Shown: piece after piece, positions 60,031 through 64,000 of the stretch
How the letters are laid out: every line of letters begins with the position of its first letter
How positions within the stretch are numbered: position 1 is the stretch's first letter
Source: an uncultured Anaerolineae bacterium
GTDB taxonomy: Bacteria > Chloroflexota > Anaerolineae > JACIWP01
Direction: 5' to 3'
Length of the DNA: 64,000 nt
Assembly: GCA_938049385.1 (NCBI GenBank)
Contig: CALIBQ010000012.1
Coordinates: forward strand, 74,131 to 138,130
Program-made: the position numbers and the translations under genes
Notes under the pieces: generated by a model
Seen by the model: only the letters and a program-made list of their open reading frames with translations
Told to the model about the DNA's origin: nothing
The model's database searches: none

Positions 60031-62025
60031 ATGCGCGAATGGTTCGGCTGGGTCGGGAAATTCCTCTGGGTGGACCTCTCCGCCGGCAGGGTGGAGGAGA
60101 TGGACACCGCCCCGTATACGGAAGCGTACATCGGGGGGCGGGGCATCGAGGCGCGCCTGGCCTGGGAGAAGATGCCGGCCGGCATCGGTGCCTTCGATGA
60201 AGCCAACCTGCTGATGTTCTTCCCTGGGCCGCTGACCGGCACCATCGCACCCTTTTCCGGCCGCACCAGTGTGGCCAGCCACGCTCCCCAGGGTTATCCC
60301 CATGAGTGGTTCAGCCGCGCCAACTTCGGCGCGCATTGGGGCGCCTCGCTGAAATACGCCGGCTACGACGGGCTGGTGATCGCCGGCAAAGCGGAACAGC
60401 CGGTCTACCTGTGCATCGAGGATGGTCGGGCCGAGGTCCGGCCGGCCGAGCACCTGTGGGGCAAGGGCATCCTGACAACCCAGCAGATGCTCCAGGAGGA
60501 GCTGGGCAAGGGCTGGCGCATCCTGTGCATCGGGCCGGCCGGCGAACACCGCAGTCGCATCGCCGTCATCCAGACCGAGACGGAATCGGCGGCTGGCCAG
60601 GGCGGTTTCGGCGCTGTCATGGGGGATAAACGGCTGAAAGCGGTTGCTGTGCGCGGCACCGGCCCGGTGCGGGCGGCGCATCCCGATCTGCTCTGGGAAC
60701 GGACGAAGGCGATACTGGAGGAAGCGCGGCAGGGATGCCGGCTGGCGCAGGGCAAGCTTGACCCCGAGCGGGTGAAGCGCTACGGCCTGCGCTATCACGC
60801 CTGCACCCAGCAGTGCGGCATCGAATGCGGCGGCGGCTCGTACTATTACCGGGATGTGCCCGGCCCGCTGAGTGGCCGCAAGCTCTCCGGGCATATGCAC
60901 TGCGTCGCCCCCATTTTCCCGGGACTGCCCGGCACCTTCTACGATTGGAAGCTGGGGTTCGAGGCCGGCTTCGAACTGGCACAGATGTCCAACGACTACG
61001 GCATCAACCATTGGGACCTGGTTTTCGGCATCCTCCCCCTCCTGCGCTACTGGCGGGAGAGCGGCCTGCGGTCAGAGATTGACGGCCTGCTTATTGACCT
61101 GGATGAACCGCGCTTCTGGGCGGAGCTGTTCCGCAAGATCGCCTATCGGGAGGGCATTGGGGATGTGCTGGCCGAGGGTGGCTGGCGGGCGGCCAAGCAG
61201 TTGGGGCTGGCGGAGGATTTCGCCGACGGCTTATACCAGGCCTGGGGGTACGCCGGCCATATGGATTCCCGCGGCGACCGCGCCAACCGAGTGATGTTCC
61301 CCTTCTGGATCGTGCCGGCATTGCAGTGGGCCATTGACACCCGCGACCCTATGGGAGGGAGCCATGGGTACATCACCGGCGCGCTGGGGTATTCCCCGCT
61401 GGCACATAACGGGCAAGGGCCTTCGTGGGAGCAGTTGATGGCCGGCGCGGAGAAGCTGTACGGCACGCGCTTGGCGCTGGACCCGTATTCAGGCTACGAG
61501 GGAAAGGCGCCGGCGGCACGCTGGCACTGCATCCGCGGCGCGCTCAAGGACAGCCTGACGGTGGACGACAACGTCTTCCCCATGTTGTGGAGCTACCGCA
61601 CCGAGGACGGCATGGCGCGCGCCGGCGGTATGGAAGGCTACGCGTTCGAATACCACCTCTTCACAGCGGCTACCGGCCTGGAGCTGAGCGAAGAAGAGTT
61701 CAACCGCTGTGGGGAGCGCATCGTGAGCCTGGAGCGCGCCCTGCAGGTGCGCGATTTCGCCCGCTCGCGTCAGGACGACGAGGTCATCATCCCACATTTC
61801 ACCGAGCAGGAGGACTTCCTGCCCAGCCCGTATTTGGGCGGGACCCAGCGGGGGGATGCGGAGAAACTGCGCGCTGCGTTGAGCGAGTTCTACGCGCTGT
61901 GGGGGTGGGATGTGGAGAGCGGCCGGCCGACCGCCGAGGCTCTGCGCCGGCTGGATATGAAGGATGTCGCCGAGGTCCTGCTGGCCCGCCGGCTCATCCG
62001 CGACCCTCAGCACTCCCCGGCATAA
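60031..62025 (+). CDS. Aldehyde:ferredoxin oxidoreductase family protein (tungsten/molybdopterin AOR)
   Basis: AFOR N-terminal domain (LWVDLS…YIGGRG…), cluster Cys region CTQQCGIECGGG, large C-terminal AOR domain. Confidence 0.85.
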   Translation: MREWFGWVGKFLWVDLSAGRVEEMDTAPYTEAYIGGRGIEARLAWEKMPAGIGAFDEANLLMFFPGPLTGTIAPFSGRTSVASHAPQGYPHEWFSRANFGAHWGASLKYAGYDGLVIAGKAEQPVYLCIEDGRAEVRPAEHLWGKGILTTQQMLQEELGKGWRILCIGPAGEHRSRIAVIQTETESAAGQGGFGAVMGDKRLKAVAVRGTGPVRAAHPDLLWERTKAILEEARQGCRLAQGKLDPERVKRYGLRYHACTQQCGIECGGGSYYYRDVPGPLSGRKLSGHMHCVAPIFPGLPGTFYDWKLGFEAGFELAQMSNDYGINHWDLVFGILPLLRYWRESGLRSEIDGLLIDLDEPRFWAELFRKIAYREGIGDVLAEGGWRAAKQLGLAEDFADGLYQAWGYAGHMDSRGDRANRVMFPFWIVPALQWAIDTRDPMGGSHGYITGALGYSPLAHNGQGPSWEQLMAGAEKLYGTRLALDPYSGYEGKAPAARWHCIRGALKDSLTVDDNVFPMLWSYRTEDGMARAGGMEGYAFEYHLFTAATGLELSEEEFNRCGERIVSLERALQVRDFARSRQDDEVIIPHFTEQEDFLPSPYLGGTQRGDAEKLRAALSEFYALWGWDVESGRPTAEALRRLDMKDVAEVLLARRLIRDPQHSPA

Positions 62026-62040
62026 AGGACTGCGGCCGGC

Positions 62041-62988
62041 ATGCCAGCTTCCGCCCCTCCTTCCGCCTCTCCTAGAACGCGCGGCCGGCTCTGGCGTCTG
62101 GCCCAAATTCTCGTCGTCGTCGCCGTCCTGTTCTTCTGGGGACGCGCTGTCTGGAACAACTGGCCGGCCTTCGCCGCGCAGGAGTGGCATGTTCAGCCGG
62201 CGTACCTGCTCGCTTCCTTCGCGCTGGTGCTGGCCCAGCTTTTCCTGCTGGCGGCTGTCTGGCACTGGACGCTGGTGCGGCTGGGGGTACGCCGGCCGTG
62301 GCAGGAGGCCGCACGCATCTGGGCATTATCGCAGATCGCGCGCTACCTGCCGGGCGGCATCTGGGACGTGGCCGGCCGCTTCGCCATGGGGACGCGGGCC
62401 GGCTATCCGACGCTGGCGCTTTCCTTCAGCATCCTGCTGGAAATGGCCCTGCAGGCGCTGACGGCCGCCCTCGCCTTTGTGCTGAGCCTGCCGTTCTGGC
62501 CCCAACTGCCGCCAGCAGATGGCCTGCGCTGGGCTATCCCACTGAGCCTGCTGGGCCTGGCGGCGCTCCATCCCCGGGTGATCCAGTTCGGCCTACGGGC
62601 AGGCGCGCGCCTGCTCCACGTGGAACTGCCGGCGGTCACCCTGCGCTATCGGGACATGCTCTTCCTGCTCCTCGGCCACATGCTCACCCAGGTCTGCATC
62701 GGTACCGGCTTTCACCTGTTCATGCGAGCGGTGTATCCCGCCTGGCCGGCGCATCAGTGGCCGGTGGCGGTTGGCACCTATACTGCCGCCTGGCTGATCG
62801 GCTTCCTCATTGTCTTCGTCCCTATGGGCATCGGGGTGCGGGAAGGCATCATCGTGATACTGCTGGCGCCTTTTGTGCCGTTCGCGCCGGCGAACGCCGT
62901 TGCCATCGGCTTCCGCCTCTGGATCGCCTTGCGCGACGCTCTCTTCGCCGGCATCGGCGCCCTTTTGAAGACGCGGCCTGGCGGCTGA
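62041..62988 (+). CDS. UPF0104/lysylphosphatidylglycerol-synthase-TM-like membrane protein (flippase-like)
   Basis: 8-TM protein of the LPG_synthase_TM family; stop codon lies inside repeat copy D. Confidence 0.75.
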   Translation: MPASAPPSASPRTRGRLWRLAQILVVVAVLFFWGRAVWNNWPAFAAQEWHVQPAYLLASFALVLAQLFLLAAVWHWTLVRLGVRRPWQEAARIWALSQIARYLPGGIWDVAGRFAMGTRAGYPTLALSFSILLEMALQALTAALAFVLSLPFWPQLPPADGLRWAIPLSLLGLAALHPRVIQFGLRAGARLLHVELPAVTLRYRDMLFLLLGHMLTQVCIGTGFHLFMRAVYPAWPAHQWPVAVGTYTAAWLIGFLIVFVPMGIGVREGIIVILLAPFVPFAPANAVAIGFRLWIALRDALFAGIGALLKTRPGG

Positions 62989-63138
62989 AGCCGCGGCAAC
63001 ACCTGCGAAGCCTGTCCGCGCAGGCTTCGCGAAGTCGGCGCCGGCCGACTTCGCAGGCACAGCCGCAGTTTCAACTGCCAGGCGATGAACCAATACCCGC
63101 AAATCGACAGACAATCTTGATTTTTTCAACACCCTCCC
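62970..63138 (-). repeat. Copy D of the intergenic palindromic repeat family
   Basis: gacgcggcctggcggctgaagccgcggcaacacctgcgaagcctgtccgcgcaggcttcgcgaagtcggcgccggccgacttcgcaggcacagccgcagtttcaactgccagg…ttttttcaacaccctccc; reverse complement of copy B. Confidence 0.85.
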
Positions 63139-63146
63139 GGCGGTTT

Positions 63147-63176
63147 TTGGAAAACGCCGCAGGGCTGTGGTATACT
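63147..63176 (+). promoter_or_regulatory. Sigma70-like promoter TTGGAA-N18-TATACT for efp, immediately abutting repeat copy D
   Basis: Hexamers and spacing; GGAGG RBS before efp ATG 63224. Confidence 0.4.
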
Positions 63177-63223
63177 ATTGGGTGTAGATTGATATTTGTC
63201 TGACTACGGAGGAACACAACTCT

Positions 63224-63781
63224 ATGATCGGCGTGACAGAACTGCGCAAAGGGGTTACATTCGAGCTGGACGGCGAATTGTATAAAGTCCTGGAATATCA
63301 GCACCACAAGCCCGGGCGCGGCAACGCCATTATCCGCACCAAACTGCGCAACCTGCGCACCGGCGCCCTCATCGAGCGCACCTTCATTTCTGGGGACCGG
63401 GTCCAGGATGTGCGGCTGGAGCATAAGACCGTCCAGTACATGTATAACGACGGCGATATGTACTATTTCTTGGATACCGAGACTTACGAACAGCCGGCCC
63501 TGCCCCGGAAGGCGTTGGGGGATGCGGTCAATTACCTGACCGATGGGCTGACGTTGGACCTTTCCCTGTACGAGGGGGAACCCATTGACATCGAACTGCC
63601 CATCACCGTGGACCTGAAGGTGGTGGAGGCGGAGCCCGGGGTGCGCGGCGACACCGCGCAGGGCGGCACGAAGAAGGCCAAGCTGGAGACCGGGCTGGTC
63701 ATCAATGTGCCGCTGTTCGTGGAGGCCGGCGACGTGGTGCGGGTGGACACGCGCACGGGTGAGTACATCACGCGCGTGTAA
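63224..63781 (+). CDS. efp: Translation elongation factor P
   Basis: MIGVTELRKGVTFELDGELYKVLEYQHHKPGRGNAIIRTKLRNLRTG…; loop-tip residue is Arg (KPGRG). Confidence 0.95.
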   Translation: MIGVTELRKGVTFELDGELYKVLEYQHHKPGRGNAIIRTKLRNLRTGALIERTFISGDRVQDVRLEHKTVQYMYNDGDMYYFLDTETYEQPALPRKALGDAVNYLTDGLTLDLSLYEGEPIDIELPITVDLKVVEAEPGVRGDTAQGGTKKAKLETGLVINVPLFVEAGDVVRVDTRTGEYITRV

Positions 63782-63813
63782 GGATAAGGGGTACTGGCTG
63801 GCCGCGTCAGAAT

Positions 63814-63842
63814 TTGCGCCGGCGGCCCCTTTGCGATATAAT
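63814..63842 (+). promoter_or_regulatory. Putative promoter TTGCGC-N17-TATAAT for tRNA-Thr
   Basis: Consensus -10 at 63837-63842, ~17 nt before the mature tRNA 5' end. Confidence 0.35.
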
Positions 63843-63858
63843 AGAATCTCGCAAGCGA

Positions 63859-63934
63859 GCCACCGTAGCTCAATCGGCAGAGCAGGCGCTTCGTAAGCGT
63901 CTGGTTATCGGTTCAAGTCCGATCGGTGGCTCCA
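63859..63934 (+). tRNA. tRNA-Thr (anticodon CGU)
   Basis: Manual cloverleaf: acceptor GCCACCG/CGGTGGC, D-stem GCTC/GAGC, anticodon stem GGCGC/GCGTC with loop TTCGTAA (anticodon CGT), T-arm ATCGG-TTCAAGT-CCGAT, discriminator U, encoded CCA. Confidence 0.85.
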
Positions 63935-64000
63935 ACCTATTGTATCTAGTAGCCAAAGTCTCCCTGACTACTACACCGAGTAGTCGAGGAGGCTTCGCTA

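Noticed and set aside
63935-64000. Hairpin (gactact-acaccg-agtagtc) downstream of tRNA-Thr as a possible integration att site
   Set aside because: It is at the window edge with no adjacent integrase or foreign-looking DNA. It is most likely just the tRNA 3' trailer or terminator.

Overview
This is a high-GC (~67%) bacterial chromosomal window, densely coded on both strands with no rRNA, no CRISPR array and no recognisable transposase or integrase. The gene order scpA…scpB–dacA-like–rluB–cmk–plsC–DUF512 together with a glmS ribozyme suggests a Firmicutes/Chloroflexi-like organisation, though no lineage can be proven from this window. The standout feature is a roughly 17-kb minus-strand operon (8585–25627) of about 17 tightly spaced or overlapping genes. 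It encodes a two-subunit class I fumarate hydratase; two heterodisulfide-reductase-like HdrC/HdrB/HdrA sets arranged hdrC-hdrB-hdrA-hdrA'-hdrC'-hdrB'; a GNAT acetyltransferase; and a giant 1034–1045-aa protein made of two fused HdrA modules. It continues with two tandem CBS-domain proteins, an MvhD-like Fe-S protein, an FrhB-like Fe-S/flavin protein, a succinate dehydrogenase/fumarate reductase-like Fe-S subunit and flavoprotein, and thyX. Taken together this looks like an undescribed, possibly electron-bifurcating Hdr-linked fumarate/succinate redox module, and it is the most interesting object in the window. Other notable content: a four-copy intergenic palindromic repeat family; a glmS ribozyme with operator-like repeats upstream; and an A9 tract that splits what would otherwise be a ChlD-like AAA+/vWA fusion. 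There is also a tandem pair of uninterrupted MttB-superfamily methyltransferases behind a Liv-type ABC transporter; a scpA/scpB pair split by a ~6-kb block; and several structured leaders or candidate operators. Housekeeping genes include dnaK, a two-component system, glmS, bioY, efp with Arg at the modification position, tRNA-Thr and dtd. Gene coordinates below are refined from the six-frame ORF track by choosing start codons that have SD-like motifs (AGGAGG/GGAGG).
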